Assembly (NCBI GenBank): GCA_934086185.1
Contig: CAKOHW010000002.1
Location: 31,377 to 95,376, forward strand
Source of the DNA: an uncultured Bacilli bacterium
Lineage (GTDB): Bacteria > Bacillota_I > Bacilli_A > RF39 > UBA660
Length of the DNA: 64,000 nt
Reading direction: 5' to 3'
The translations under genes and the position numbers were made by a program. Every line of letters starts with the position of its first letter. Positions within the stretch are counted from its first letter, which is position 1. Below are positions 39,563-49,582 of this stretch, piece after piece. The notes beneath the pieces were generated by a model. That model was not told the DNA's origin. It saw nothing but the letters and a program-made list of their open reading frames with translations, and ran no database searches.

Positions 39563-40804
39563 TTATCTTTTATCACCATATTTTAGATCATATTTCTTTT
39601 GTAATAATCTTTGTGGTTCTGATTTATCTCTTAATAATTTTTCTATAGATAAATCATTATGAGTATTATAAATAATATTTGCTACCATCTCTGAACAATC
39701 ACAAACTTTCAACCATTCTTCTTTCTTATATTCCTCAGGTATATAAGATAAATTAGTAGTATATATTCCATCAAACATTCCATTTTTATAATATTCTCTA
39801 AATTTATCTATACCTTCAGTAAATAACGCAAAAGTAGCAATTATATATATTTTATTTATTCCACGTTTCTTTAATTCTTTCATTACATCAAACATACTAC
39901 TACCACTAGCAATCATATCATCAGTAACAATAGCAGTCTTACCCTTTAAATCATTATTTCCACAATAATCATGACTTATAATAGGATTTTTACCATTAAC
40001 TACTTTATTATAATCTCTTTGTTTATAAAAACTACCAGCTTCCATACTAACACACCAAGCATTTAAAGAATTTAAATAAATATTACGTCTACCATTAGCA
40101 CCATTATCAGGAGCAACTGTAGTAATAACTAATAAATCATCTATATCTACGTCATTAAGTAAGTCATCAAGTATTACATTAGAAGGTAAAAAATTATCAA
40201 ATTCAGTATGATGTAATGAATGTTCTACTCCCTGATCATGAGCATCAAAAGTTATAATTCTTTGTAATTTTTTATTATCCTCAAGTTCATGTAAAGCTTC
40301 CCCACATGCTAAAGGTTCTCTAGTATTTCTTCTATGTTGTCTACTATTATATAAAAGAGGCATAATAACATTTATTTCTTTAGCATGTCCATTACAGGCA
40401 CCTATACCATTTTTTAACTGTATAAATAAATCATTAGGACTAGCATGATTAGTCATCTGATGCATAGTATAACTAATAGAATAATTACCAACATCAGTTA
40501 AAGTATAAATACACTTTCCTCTAGCAGTATTAAGTACTTCAACCTTTAAATTACCATCGCTAAACCAACTTTCTTTAATAGGTAATATAAATGAATATTC
40601 ATTAGGATTCATACCATATAATTTAACTAAATGTTCATTAACTTTATTACCAAACTCTTTAGCACTTTCAAAAACCATTAATCTTAATTTTTCCATTCTA
40701 AGTTTATCAATGTATTTCTTAGTTTCACTCTCTAAAATTTGAGGATTATTCTTTATTACTTCCTCTACTACTTTTTTCATTTCTTCTAATTCTTTCTTTT
40801 CCAT
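39563..40804 (-). CDS. ribose-phosphate pyrophosphokinase-family protein with an N-terminal extension
   Basis: 413 aa. PRTase-type loop TAIVTDDMIASGSSM and a Prs-like N-domain. Longer than canonical Prs. Confidence 0.6.
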   Translation of the reverse strand: MEKKELEEMKKVVEEVIKNNPQILESETKKYIDKLRMEKLRLMVFESAKEFGNKVNEHLVKLYGMNPNEYSFILPIKESWFSDGNLKVEVLNTARGKCIYTLTDVGNYSISYTMHQMTNHASPNDLFIQLKNGIGACNGHAKEINVIMPLLYNSRQHRRNTREPLACGEALHELEDNKKLQRIITFDAHDQGVEHSLHHTEFDNFLPSNVILDDLLNDVDIDDLLVITTVAPDNGANGRRNIYLNSLNAWCVSMEAGSFYKQRDYNKVVNGKNPIISHDYCGNNDLKGKTAIVTDDMIASGSSMFDVMKELKKRGINKIYIIATFALFTEGIDKFREYYKNGMFDGIYTTNLSYIPEEYKKEEWLKVCDCSEMVANIIYNTHNDLSIEKLLRDKSEPQRLLQKKYDLKYGDKR

Positions 40805-40820
40805 AAATACTCCTAACTAC

Positions 40821-40854
40821 AAAATAAAAACTAGGTACTAAAAAAGTATCTAGT
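40821..40854 (-). terminator. hairpin + U-tract 17 nt upstream of the prs-like start (sigE terminator or leader attenuator)
   Basis: CUAGAUACU-UUUUU-AGUACCUAG then UUUUUAUUUU on the minus strand. Confidence 0.6.
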
Positions 40855-40971
40855 TCAAGTGTAATAAAGAACAAACAAAAAATAATTTATATACTTTAAA
40901 ATTCTTCATTACTACCACCAATTTAATATTAACATGTTAAATAATCATATTCAACAACATTTACAAATATT

Positions 40972-41664
40972 TTACGCAACCTTCATAGTATTCTTTAACT
41001 TCTTAATAACTTTCTTCTCTATTCTAGATATATAAGACTGACTTATACCTAACATACTTGCTACTTCTTTCTGAGTATACTCTTCAGTATTATTTAATCC
41101 ATACCTCAGTTTCATAATTAATCTTTCTCTATTATTTAAAGAATTTAACTCTAATTCTAAAGCTCTTTTATCTACTTTATTTTCAAATTCTTTATAAACT
41201 ATATCTTCATCAGTACCTAATATATCTTCTAAATGCAATTCATTACCTTCAGCATCATAATTTAACGCATCTTCAAAACTAATCTCTGTCTTTCTCTTTT
41301 TATTCTTTCTTAAAGACATAAGTATCTCATTAGCAATACATCTAGAACAATAAGTAGCAAGTTTAATATTCTTATCCATCTTATATGTATTAATACCCTT
41401 AATTAATCCAATTGACCCAATACTAACCAAATCTTCTAAATTCTCACCCGTATTATCATATTTCTTAGCCAAAAAAACTACTAAACGTATATTATGTTCT
41501 ATTAACTTATTACGTGCACTAATATCTCCTTCTTTAGCCAAAGTTAAATACTTTATTTCATCTTCATTACTTAAAGGAGGAGGTAAAATATCAGTACTCC
41601 CCAAAAATAAACATATATTATCTTTCTTAAACAACTTAATAATAAACTCAATAATTTTCTTCAT
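40972..41664 (-). CDS. sigE: sporulation sigma factor SigE (pro-sigma-E)
   Basis: Pro-sequence then ILPPPLSNEDEIKYL, sigma-70 regions 2-4. Immediately follows spoIIGA. Confidence 0.9.
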   Translation of the reverse strand: MKKIIEFIIKLFKKDNICLFLGSTDILPPPLSNEDEIKYLTLAKEGDISARNKLIEHNIRLVVFLAKKYDNTGENLEDLVSIGSIGLIKGINTYKMDKNIKLATYCSRCIANEILMSLRKNKKRKTEISFEDALNYDAEGNELHLEDILGTDEDIVYKEFENKVDKRALELELNSLNNRERLIMKLRYGLNNTEEYTQKEVASMLGISQSYISRIEKKVIKKLKNTMKVA

Positions 41665-42418
41665 AACTAATCAACCTTTCATTAAGTATACAATCAATAT
41701 TTAAATTATCACTTACACCAATCAATATATTTCTATATTTTTTATTATTTACTAATATATATTCACACATAATACATTTTAATAATCCATTATTATTTAA
41801 AGAATTAAACGGAACATAAATATAATTACTATCTCTAATTCTTAAACACTTTCTATTTACTAACACAATCGGCCGCCTAAAATATGGATCAACTAATTTA
41901 TTACCAGTATCTAAAAAACCATCCAAACAAACTTCATAATTTCTAAACTTAATAACAACACTATAAATAGTATTTATCATCTTCCTATATTTAATAAACT
42001 CCAAAACATAGAAACTTATAACAACAGGACTAACTACTAAAAGAACAACAAGATTAATACTATACCCATTATTAATAAATAAAAAACCATTTACACCATA
42101 CCCAAACGTATCATTAATTAAATACAAAGACCCACCAACAATAATACTAACTACATACAAATAAAAAAGATTATATAATATTTTTTTCTTCCCAAACGTA
42201 ACATAAATCATCAAAATACTAATTATAATTTTAAATAAATTTAATACTAACATAGATATATCAAAGAATAAAATTAACAAACTCAAACTACCAATAAGTG
42301 ATCCAAGTATTATACGTACAAACTTAGTTTTTTTCTTAAGTATAAATTTAACCCCACTCAATATATAAAAATCCATAATAAAATTAATAAAAAAAACTAG
42401 GTCTACATATACCGTCAT
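41648..42418 (-). CDS. spoIIGA: sigma-E processing aspartic peptidase SpoIIGA
   Basis: MTVYVDLVFFINFIMDFYIL N-terminus, 5 TM segments, GFLDTGNKLVDP active-site motif. Internal ATG (residue 17 of the ORF-track ORF starting at 42466) is preferred. Confidence 0.85.
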   Translation of the reverse strand: MTVYVDLVFFINFIMDFYILSGVKFILKKKTKFVRIILGSLIGSLSLLILFFDISMLVLNLFKIIISILMIYVTFGKKKILYNLFYLYVVSIIVGGSLYLINDTFGYGVNGFLFINNGYSINLVVLLVVSPVVISFYVLEFIKYRKMINTIYSVVIKFRNYEVCLDGFLDTGNKLVDPYFRRPIVLVNRKCLRIRDSNYIYVPFNSLNNNGLLKCIMCEYILVNNKKYRNILIGVSDNLNIDCILNERLISYEENY

Positions 42419-42475
42419 AGTATCACCTAGTTTATTATAATTTACTAATTTTAAATATATTGTCAAATAATGTTT

Positions 42476-44641
42476 CTAACTTTCTATAATTTTGTATGGA
42501 TTTGAAATAGTACCATTGCCACTTAATAATTTAGTATTTGATAAAAGCACTATCATAGGACGAATACCTATATTATTATTGTTATAATTAGAATCATAGA
42601 TATTTAAATTAAAATTACCTTGCGAAAAAATATAATAAACTCCATCAACACCAAACTCCCCACTATAAGTTGCTCTTGATAAAGACCAATATTTTGTTTG
42701 TGCATTATCATACAAATAATAATTCATATTGTTGAAATCCATTGCACCACCTGCATAAACCATTTCATCTGCTGTTATTGTTCCTATATAATCATCTACA
42801 CTATCTTCTTTATCTGAACATTTATATGATGATTTTTTTTCTTCGCCTTTACCATTCAATCTCTTGGCGGCCATGTAATATACTGTTTGGTTTAGATCCG
42901 GGTATCCTGTAGATTTTCCATTTTCATCAAATATATAGTCAGTTTTTCCGCCTAAACACCATTTTTCATTTTTTAATAGTGATTTTTTATTTTCTAGTCC
43001 GCTTGATATATACCATGTTTTTAATGTTGAGTATAATCCTCCACTATAATTTTTATAATCAGCATATTTCTTGCTATTAACTGTTTTATAACCGTATACA
43101 ACTGTAGCGGCATTATTTATTAAAGCTGATTTGGTATCTGATGATGTTATTGTACTACACAATCCTTCTTTGGCTAAGATTATTTTTATTGAGCCGTCAC
43201 CTTCAATTCTTACAACTCTCCAACACATATTATTGAATTCTATATAATTATCTACAACTCCACCTCTATAATAATAACTTGTTCCATAATCATCTTCTGC
43301 TATTGATAATGTTGATTCTGCTGAATATGATTTTGCTGATAATTTTTTTGTTTTCATTGTTATTGAACTTGTACTACTTGCTGGTGCTGTTGTCACTTTA
43401 TATATATTTGATAAATTCGTTGTTGTTTTTATAGTATCTGTGCTTGATGAATTCGAATTTGCATAATCTGATACCAAATATTTTCCTACTAATGTTGTAT
43501 TACATGTACCATCATTATATTTACATGTTGCTACTCCCGTTAAGGTAAATTTGCCAGTACTTTCATCTATTGTATAACCTGTTCCATATGTCCAGTAATA
43601 TCTTTGATATGTTGTTGTTATACTAATTGATGTTTCTGTTGTTGCTTCATCTACTCGATCAGTATAATATTTCGAAGATGTTTGTTGTGCAGGTGTTGTT
43701 AATGGTATCATTCTAAATGTTGTTCCATTTTTTTCTTGTTTTGCATTGTTTATTATTGCATCTTTCAATAAAATTTTACTATCACTTATTTTTGTTACAT
43801 CTATTGTTACAGTACTACCTGTTATTGTTATATTAGCATCTGCTATATTTTTTTCATCATTGTATGTTATATTTGAACCGGATGCTGCTGGTTCTCCTTT
43901 TGATACATTTAGTGTTGTTTGTTTTGTTGTTGTAGTCTTTCTATTTTTTATTGTTATTTTATGTGTATCTGGTTCTATTCCAATAAACTTATATTTTCCA
44001 TCTACTATCTCACTTGTTTGTTCTTTACTATTGATTACTACATAATCATTCTCACTAGAATTTGTTACTGTTCCTTGTATAGTAAGTGCCTTTGTATCAA
44101 ATATATCTATCTTTGCTTCTAATGTTTTACCCATATCATCACTTTGGTCTACATTCATTTCTTTATATTCTACTTCTATTACATATGTCTGTACTTCATT
44201 TTTATTTATTTGATTCTCTAATATATATGAATTTTCATTTGGAAATGTTGTTTCACTTACACCGTTACATGTTTTACCAGTTACACTACTAGAGCATGTT
44301 ACTGTATATTTTATATCATCTAATCTTGTAAATGTATTTATTACATTTACTAATCCTACACTATAACTATCTACATTATTATCTCCACTATTTGTTACAG
44401 TAAATGTTTTAGTTCCTAATGTTGTACCTGGTACTATATTTGTTCCAGTTATTACGTCACTATTATCACTATATGTTAGTTCTAGATTAGCAGTTGATAT
44501 ACTTATTGATTTATTATTAGTGTTTCCTTGTATTCTTGTTAAATAGTATCCATATGTTAAACCAATAAGTGCTAAACTTATTATACTTATTCCTACAATA
44601 CTTATTATTATCTTATTTTTTCTACTCATATGTAACATCAC
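42476..44641 (-). CDS. paralog P5: chimeric copy (head type b + P3-type stalk + P1-type tail alpha)
   Basis: Residues 5-235 are near-identical to P2, and similarity to P3 continues to about residue 300. The remainder parallels P1 (…YYWTYGTGY…DESTGKFTLTGV…CWRVVRIEGDGSIKIILAKEGLCSTITSSDT…). Probable start is ATG at 44629 or 44638. Confidence 0.9.
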   Translation of the reverse strand: MMLHMSRKNKIIISIVGISIISLALIGLTYGYYLTRIQGNTNNKSISISTANLELTYSDNSDVITGTNIVPGTTLGTKTFTVTNSGDNNVDSYSVGLVNVINTFTRLDDIKYTVTCSSSVTGKTCNGVSETTFPNENSYILENQINKNEVQTYVIEVEYKEMNVDQSDDMGKTLEAKIDIFDTKALTIQGTVTNSSENDYVVINSKEQTSEIVDGKYKFIGIEPDTHKITIKNRKTTTTKQTTLNVSKGEPAASGSNITYNDEKNIADANITITGSTVTIDVTKISDSKILLKDAIINNAKQEKNGTTFRMIPLTTPAQQTSSKYYTDRVDEATTETSISITTTYQRYYWTYGTGYTIDESTGKFTLTGVATCKYNDGTCNTTLVGKYLVSDYANSNSSSTDTIKTTTNLSNIYKVTTAPASSTSSITMKTKKLSAKSYSAESTLSIAEDDYGTSYYYRGGVVDNYIEFNNMCWRVVRIEGDGSIKIILAKEGLCSTITSSDTKSALINNAATVVYGYKTVNSKKYADYKNYSGGLYSTLKTWYISSGLENKKSLLKNEKWCLGGKTDYIFDENGKSTGYPDLNQTVYYMAAKRLNGKGEEKKSSYKCSDKEDSVDDYIGTITADEMVYAGGAMDFNNMNYYLYDNAQTKYWSLSRATYSGEFGVDGVYYIFSQGNFNLNIYDSNYNNNNIGIRPMIVLLSNTKLLSGNGTISNPYKIIES
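43741..44629 (-). repeat. head-b + stalk DNA block (P5 copy)
   Basis: See the P2 and P3 copies. Boundaries are approximate. Confidence 0.7.
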
Positions 44642-44761
44642 TACTTTCCATCATAACTAGTTTATCAATTTTTTTATTCAATTTGAACAAACAACTTTAT
44701 TGTTTTTATTATAAATTACAACTTATGAATAATTTGTCAAATTAAATACTTACAAAAATAC

Positions 44762-44827
44762 AAAAAATCATATAATTATTACCCTCTGACAAAACTTTTG
44801 TTTAAGAGAGTATTAGGCTATATAATT
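44762..44827 (-). promoter_or_regulatory. conserved leader hairpin + U-tract, P5 copy
   Basis: Same element as at 24962-25028. The outer stem carries one G-U pair in the minus-strand RNA (plus-strand T to C at 44769). Confidence 0.5.
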
Positions 44828-44882
44828 CTGTACTTTTATAAAATTGTTTTTTTATTTTCAAGTACTTATCTACTTTAACTAC

Positions 44883-44933
44883 ATTATACATTAACAATTT
44901 ATTATTTACAATACTTATATTTTATTTTATAAT
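44883..44933. promoter_or_regulatory. back-to-back divergent promoter module (P5 / kinase-like ORF copy)
   Basis: Minus strand: TTGTAA(44906-44911)-17-TATAAT(44883-44888). Plus strand: TTTACA(44905-44910)-17-TATAAT(44928-44933), facing the ORF at 44961. Confidence 0.55.
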
Positions 44934-44960
44934 ATCAAACGCAAAAGCGAGGAATAATAT

Positions 44961-45677
44961 ATGTCTATAATAAAAATCAGTGAATCTTATATTAAAGAAC
45001 ATTATGACAAATTAGAAACTATAAAAAAAGAAAAACTACACAACATGGAAAGTGATTTATACGTTAATAGAAAATATATTTACAAAGTAATAGAAAGATT
45101 TTTAAGAAAATCTAAAGAAAGTAATATAAAAGAAATATATAAAATAATCTTTCCAAGTGCAATAAATATAGTTGATTTATTATACGATAATAATAATTTT
45201 ATTGGAATTACAAATTATTATTTAGAAGATTTTATAACATTAAAAAAATATATGAATAATTTAGATCTATATGAAATAAAAGAAATAATGAAAGAATTTA
45301 TATCTTTTTATAGATTTGCATTATCAAAAAAAATGTTATATTGGGATATTCATTTAAACAATGTTGGAATAAGTAATGGTAAAGTATATGTATGTGATAT
45401 AGATTCTATGGATGCAAAAGACTACAGTTGCATTGATATTAAATATACACTTAATTCTATTCTTTCTTTATTTTATGAACTATATTATAAAGAATCAATT
45501 AGATCAAATTATGATAATAGTTTAGAGTTGATAAGTGATATAAGTGAATCACCTAAATATTTATTTCATGATTTAACACTTAAAGATGTAAAAGATATTA
45601 TAGAAAGTTCTACAATAGATTATTTAGAAGAAAAAAGATTATTATTAAAAAAAGCTGAAAAAATACAAAAAGTTTAG
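44961..45677 (+). CDS. small protein-kinase-like-fold protein (K1)
   Basis: 238 aa. Catalytic-loop-like WDIHLNNVG and DFG-equivalent VCDIDS. GAGG SD. Confidence 0.6.
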   Translation: MSIIKISESYIKEHYDKLETIKKEKLHNMESDLYVNRKYIYKVIERFLRKSKESNIKEIYKIIFPSAINIVDLLYDNNNFIGITNYYLEDFITLKKYMNNLDLYEIKEIMKEFISFYRFALSKKMLYWDIHLNNVGISNGKVYVCDIDSMDAKDYSCIDIKYTLNSILSLFYELYYKESIRSNYDNSLELISDISESPKYLFHDLTLKDVKDIIESSTIDYLEEKRLLLKKAEKIQKV

Positions 45678-45703
45678 AATCAAATCTAAACTTTTTTAAT
45701 TTA

Positions 45704-46798
45704 CTAAAAATCGTCTCTATCTCTTAAAAATGATGGAATATCAAAATCACTATCATCTTCTACAGTTTTTGAACTTCTTGAAGGCATTTGTTCACGAGAA
45801 GTATTATAACTATCATTACTTGTATTAGAATAACTCATATCGTCATCTTCAAATCCAGTCGCTATAACTGTAACTATTACTTCATCATTTAAATTTTCAT
45901 TAATTACAGCACCAAAGATAATATTTATATCAGTATTAGCACTTTGTCTAACTATCTCAGCAGCATCTTCTGCTTCAAATAATGTTAGTGAATTACCACC
46001 AGTAACATTTATTATTGCATCAGTTGCTCCACTAATACTAGTTTCCAAAAGCGGACTAGATACTGCTTGTTTAGCAGCCTCTATTGCTCTATTTTCTCCT
46101 ACACCTAATCCAATTCCTATTAACGCATTTCCACGTTTTTCCATAACTGCTTTTACATCAGCAAAGTCTAAGTTTACCAATCCTGAAACAGCAATTAAAT
46201 CACTTATTGATTGTACACCTCTATGTAATACATTATCAACTTCTTTAAATGCTTCTAACATCGGAGTTGATTTATCAATTATATCTCTTAACTTATCATT
46301 TGGAATAACAATTAAAGTATCAACATGTTTTTTTAATTCATCAATACCTAATACTGCTTGTTCCATTCTTCTTTTTCCTTCAAATCTAAATGGTTTAGTA
46401 ACTATACCAACTGTTAGTGCTCCTAAATTTTGAGCAATCTCTGCTATTACAGGTGCAGCACCAGTTCCAGTTCCACCACCCATTCCACAAGTAACAAATA
46501 CCATATCAGCACCCTTTAATGCTTCAACAATATCATTTTTACTTTCTACAGCAGCTTCTCTTCCTACTTCAGGATTAGCACCAGCACCTAGTCCATTAGT
46601 AACTTCTTGTCCTATTTGTAGTTTATTTTCAGCCTTACTACTATTTAAAACTTGTAAATCAGTGTTAGCAACAATGAATTCTACTCCTTTAACTCCACAT
46701 TCAATCATTCGGTTTACGGCATTACATCCTCCGCCCCCAACACCTATAACTTTAATTTTTGCAATTTGATCCATTTGTAAATCGAACATTATATTCAC
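45704..46798 (-). CDS. ftsZ: cell division protein FtsZ
   Basis: [10 protein letters not shown] tubulin signature. ftsA-ftsZ order. Confidence 0.97.
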   Translation of the reverse strand: MNIMFDLQMDQIAKIKVIGVGGGGCNAVNRMIECGVKGVEFIVANTDLQVLNSSKAENKLQIGQEVTNGLGAGANPEVGREAAVESKNDIVEALKGADMVFVTCGMGGGTGTGAAPVIAEIAQNLGALTVGIVTKPFRFEGKRRMEQAVLGIDELKKHVDTLIVIPNDKLRDIIDKSTPMLEAFKEVDNVLHRGVQSISDLIAVSGLVNLDFADVKAVMEKRGNALIGIGLGVGENRAIEAAKQAVSSPLLETSISGATDAIINVTGGNSLTLFEAEDAAEIVRQSANTDINIIFGAVINENLNDEVIVTVIATGFEDDDMSYSNTSNDSYNTSREQMPSRSSKTVEDDSDFDIPSFLRDRDDF

Positions 46799-46803
46799 TC
46801 TCC

Positions 46804-48045
46804 CTAACTATCAAAAAAATATCCAAAAACTTTTCCTAAAATTGAATCACTAGCAACATTAATTCTTTTTTCACTGGTAGTTAATGTTTCTATCTCTTCA
46901 TCATCAAATATAGAAAAATCTCTATCTTTTAAATTTAACTTATTATTAAAATTCTTTATCATTCCTACAGAAGTAGAATACTTATTATCTCTTACTCCTA
47001 TTATATTGACATTACCAAATGTAACATTTTTACCAAATATACTACTTGCAAGTATATTAAAATCTTTGATTTCTGTCAAGCCTCCTGTAATTATTATATA
47101 ACTTATTTCTTTCTTTGTTAAGTAATTTATTTCTTTTTTAACTTTTTTTAATATTTCACTAAGTCTAGCACTAACTACTTCACTCAATTCATATTGATTA
47201 ATTTCTACTTTTTCTCCTAATTTATTAATAACCGTTTTAACATCTTTTGGATTAGCAAGTTTGCTTGAAGCTAAAGCACATCTTTCTTTAAGTTTTTTAC
47301 TATCTTTCATCTTAGTCTTATACATAAATGAAATATCATTATCTATACTAACTCCACCTAAAGGTAAAACAAATTCGTTTATTAATATTCCTTTATAAAA
47401 TGCAGACATAGTTGTTTTACCTGCTCCCAAATTTATTATTACTCCATTATTATTAGAAATAAATTCATTATCAAATAAAGCATAATCACCTAAACTACCT
47501 AACATTATATCAATTACTTCTACACCACATTTTTCTATAGCACGTATAAAATCATATGTATTCTTCTTTGGTGCACTAATAACCAAACTATGTAATTTTA
47601 ATTTATTTCCTACCATACCAATAGGATTTTTAACTTGTTTATCATCTAACATATAATCTATTGGAATTACATTAATAAGTTCATACTTTTCATCAATTTT
47701 ATTATATACATTAGTCTGTAATATTCTAGATATATCACTCTTAGTTACTATATGATCTTCACTAGTAATTGTATTTACTCCTTCACTAGGAGTAAATTTT
47801 AATTTATATGAAGGAACTGATGCTACTACTTTTCTTATTTTTAAACCTAATAAATCTTCAGATTTCTTTAATACTTTTCTTATTGAATAAACAACATCTT
47901 CTTGATTATCAACAAGACCATTCTTAATTCCTCTACTTGCTTCACTTATAGCACATAATATATTAACTTTATTACCTACCATTTCAGCAACAACAAACTT
48001 TATAGAATTAGTACCAATATCAATGCTACTAAGTATTCTTCTCAA
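46804..48045 (-). CDS. ftsA: cell division protein FtsA
   Basis: Actin-fold N-terminus [15 protein letters not shown], 413 aa, upstream of ftsZ. Confidence 0.92.
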   Translation of the reverse strand: MRRILSSIDIGTNSIKFVVAEMVGNKVNILCAISEASRGIKNGLVDNQEDVVYSIRKVLKKSEDLLGLKIRKVVASVPSYKLKFTPSEGVNTITSEDHIVTKSDISRILQTNVYNKIDEKYELINVIPIDYMLDDKQVKNPIGMVGNKLKLHSLVISAPKKNTYDFIRAIEKCGVEVIDIMLGSLGDYALFDNEFISNNNGVIINLGAGKTTMSAFYKGILINEFVLPLGGVSIDNDISFMYKTKMKDSKKLKERCALASSKLANPKDVKTVINKLGEKVEINQYELSEVVSARLSEILKKVKKEINYLTKKEISYIIITGGLTEIKDFNILASSIFGKNVTFGNVNIIGVRDNKYSTSVGMIKNFNNKLNLKDRDFSIFDDEEIETLTTSEKRINVASDSILGKVFGYFFDS

Positions 48046-48125
48046 ATTGCATCACTCCTACAATAACCTAATTATACTATATATTTTTTTTATTCTCAAC
48101 CAAAAATGTAATAAAAAAAGAGTTA

Positions 48126-49454
48126 TCAATAACTCCAATACTCAGTATAATTACCATCTTCTTTATAATAATCATTCATATCAACATGCCAATAAAAATT
48201 ACTTACTAACGCTTCTTTAGTATATTCCTTAATTAAAGCACCATTATAAGGTTTAGCATACCATAAGCTTTCAGCAATATAATATTTATTATCTTTAATA
48301 CCAGCAACAATAGCAATATGGCCTCCATCAATACCATGACCACTTATTAAATCTCCAGCCCTAATACTATTATTATTTACTGCATCTGTTAATTTTATTT
48401 TTTTACCCAAATCTGTCATATCAGGTATTGTACTAACTCCAGCTCCTAAATCTTCACATTCAAATCCACCATTATAAACTATCCAACTAATAAAACCACT
48501 ACAATCAAAACCATTTTTTCTAATTCCTTCACTAGGAAAAGAATATATTTCACATCCCCAAGTAGCAGGCCCATACATAGAACTCTCTATACTTTGATAT
48601 CTAGAATTACTTAAATATAACCCTTTATGATAATATCTACCCTCTCCATCTACTACTGAACCAACTCCATAAGGATGTAATCTACCATTTTCACTAAAAT
48701 AAGAAATTCTATAAGGAAACTCTAAAGTTAAAAATCTAACTGCAGCTAATACTCCAGCCCTAGTTTTATACCCAGCCTCATTAACACGACTTAATAATAT
48801 TTCATCTAACAAATCATTATCACTCTTTGAATACATTCCACAAGATAAATAACTTCTATTATAATCATAATATTCTCCATAAGTACTTATCTTATCAGTT
48901 ACTAATACATCAATATATTCACTAATACTATCTACACTAACCATTATTTTAGTATTACCACTCTTAATACCAGTAACAACCCCATCACTACTAACACTTG
49001 CTACACTATCATCTAATGATTTATATAATATATTACTATCTACTTTCCCCAATACTTCATAACTAACATTTATTTTCTTTATACCACCAATTGCTAAATA
49101 AATTTTATCTTTATTAACACTAATACTTAATACTTTACTTAAATCTTTATTATCATATCTCTTTACATTATTAAACTTATTTCTTAAATAAATATACTTA
49201 GAATCACTATACTCAATAATACATTTATTATCCTTCATACTAACCCATTTTACATTATTTAAATCATTACCTACATAACAATAAGTTTCATAATCACTAC
49301 TTAATTCTATAATTATATTATTATCATTATCTAAATATATATTTTTAATATTATTATATTTATTAAATAAAAAATATAAACAAACACCACTAAATATAAT
49401 AAACCACACTATAGTACTTATTACTATAATATATTTCTTTTTATTATTTTTCAT
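48126..49454 (-). CDS. membrane-anchored Big_2 + NlpC/P60 cell-wall hydrolase
   Basis: N-terminal TM. Ig-like SVASVSSDGVVTGIKSGNTKIMVSV. NlpC/P60 FDCSGFISWIVYNGG and GGHIAIVAG. Confidence 0.75.
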   Translation of the reverse strand: MKNNKKKYIIVISTIVWFIIFSGVCLYFLFNKYNNIKNIYLDNDNNIIIELSSDYETYCYVGNDLNNVKWVSMKDNKCIIEYSDSKYIYLRNKFNNVKRYDNKDLSKVLSISVNKDKIYLAIGGIKKINVSYEVLGKVDSNILYKSLDDSVASVSSDGVVTGIKSGNTKIMVSVDSISEYIDVLVTDKISTYGEYYDYNRSYLSCGMYSKSDNDLLDEILLSRVNEAGYKTRAGVLAAVRFLTLEFPYRISYFSENGRLHPYGVGSVVDGEGRYYHKGLYLSNSRYQSIESSMYGPATWGCEIYSFPSEGIRKNGFDCSGFISWIVYNGGFECEDLGAGVSTIPDMTDLGKKIKLTDAVNNNSIRAGDLISGHGIDGGHIAIVAGIKDNKYYIAESLWYAKPYNGALIKEYTKEALVSNFYWHVDMNDYYKEDGNYTEYWSY

Positions 49455-49582
49455 ATCACACCTACTATATAATATATATCATACTATATATAAAATATAA
49501 ACTATTATTTTACACTATATATATTTTTACATATTTTTTATAACTAATACTATATAATAAATGTTATAATATTTTAAAAGGA

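Noticed and set aside
22913-44641. ORF-track N-terminal extensions: 23543-23641 of the P2-downstream ORF, 36645-36662 of P4, 42419-42466 of spoIIGA, 20819-20842 of cse60, and 26742-26762 of the metal-binding lipoprotein.
   Set aside because: The extensions start at TTG or GTG, lack SD sequences, and in one case run through a terminator hairpin. Internal ATGs with good SDs match family N-termini.
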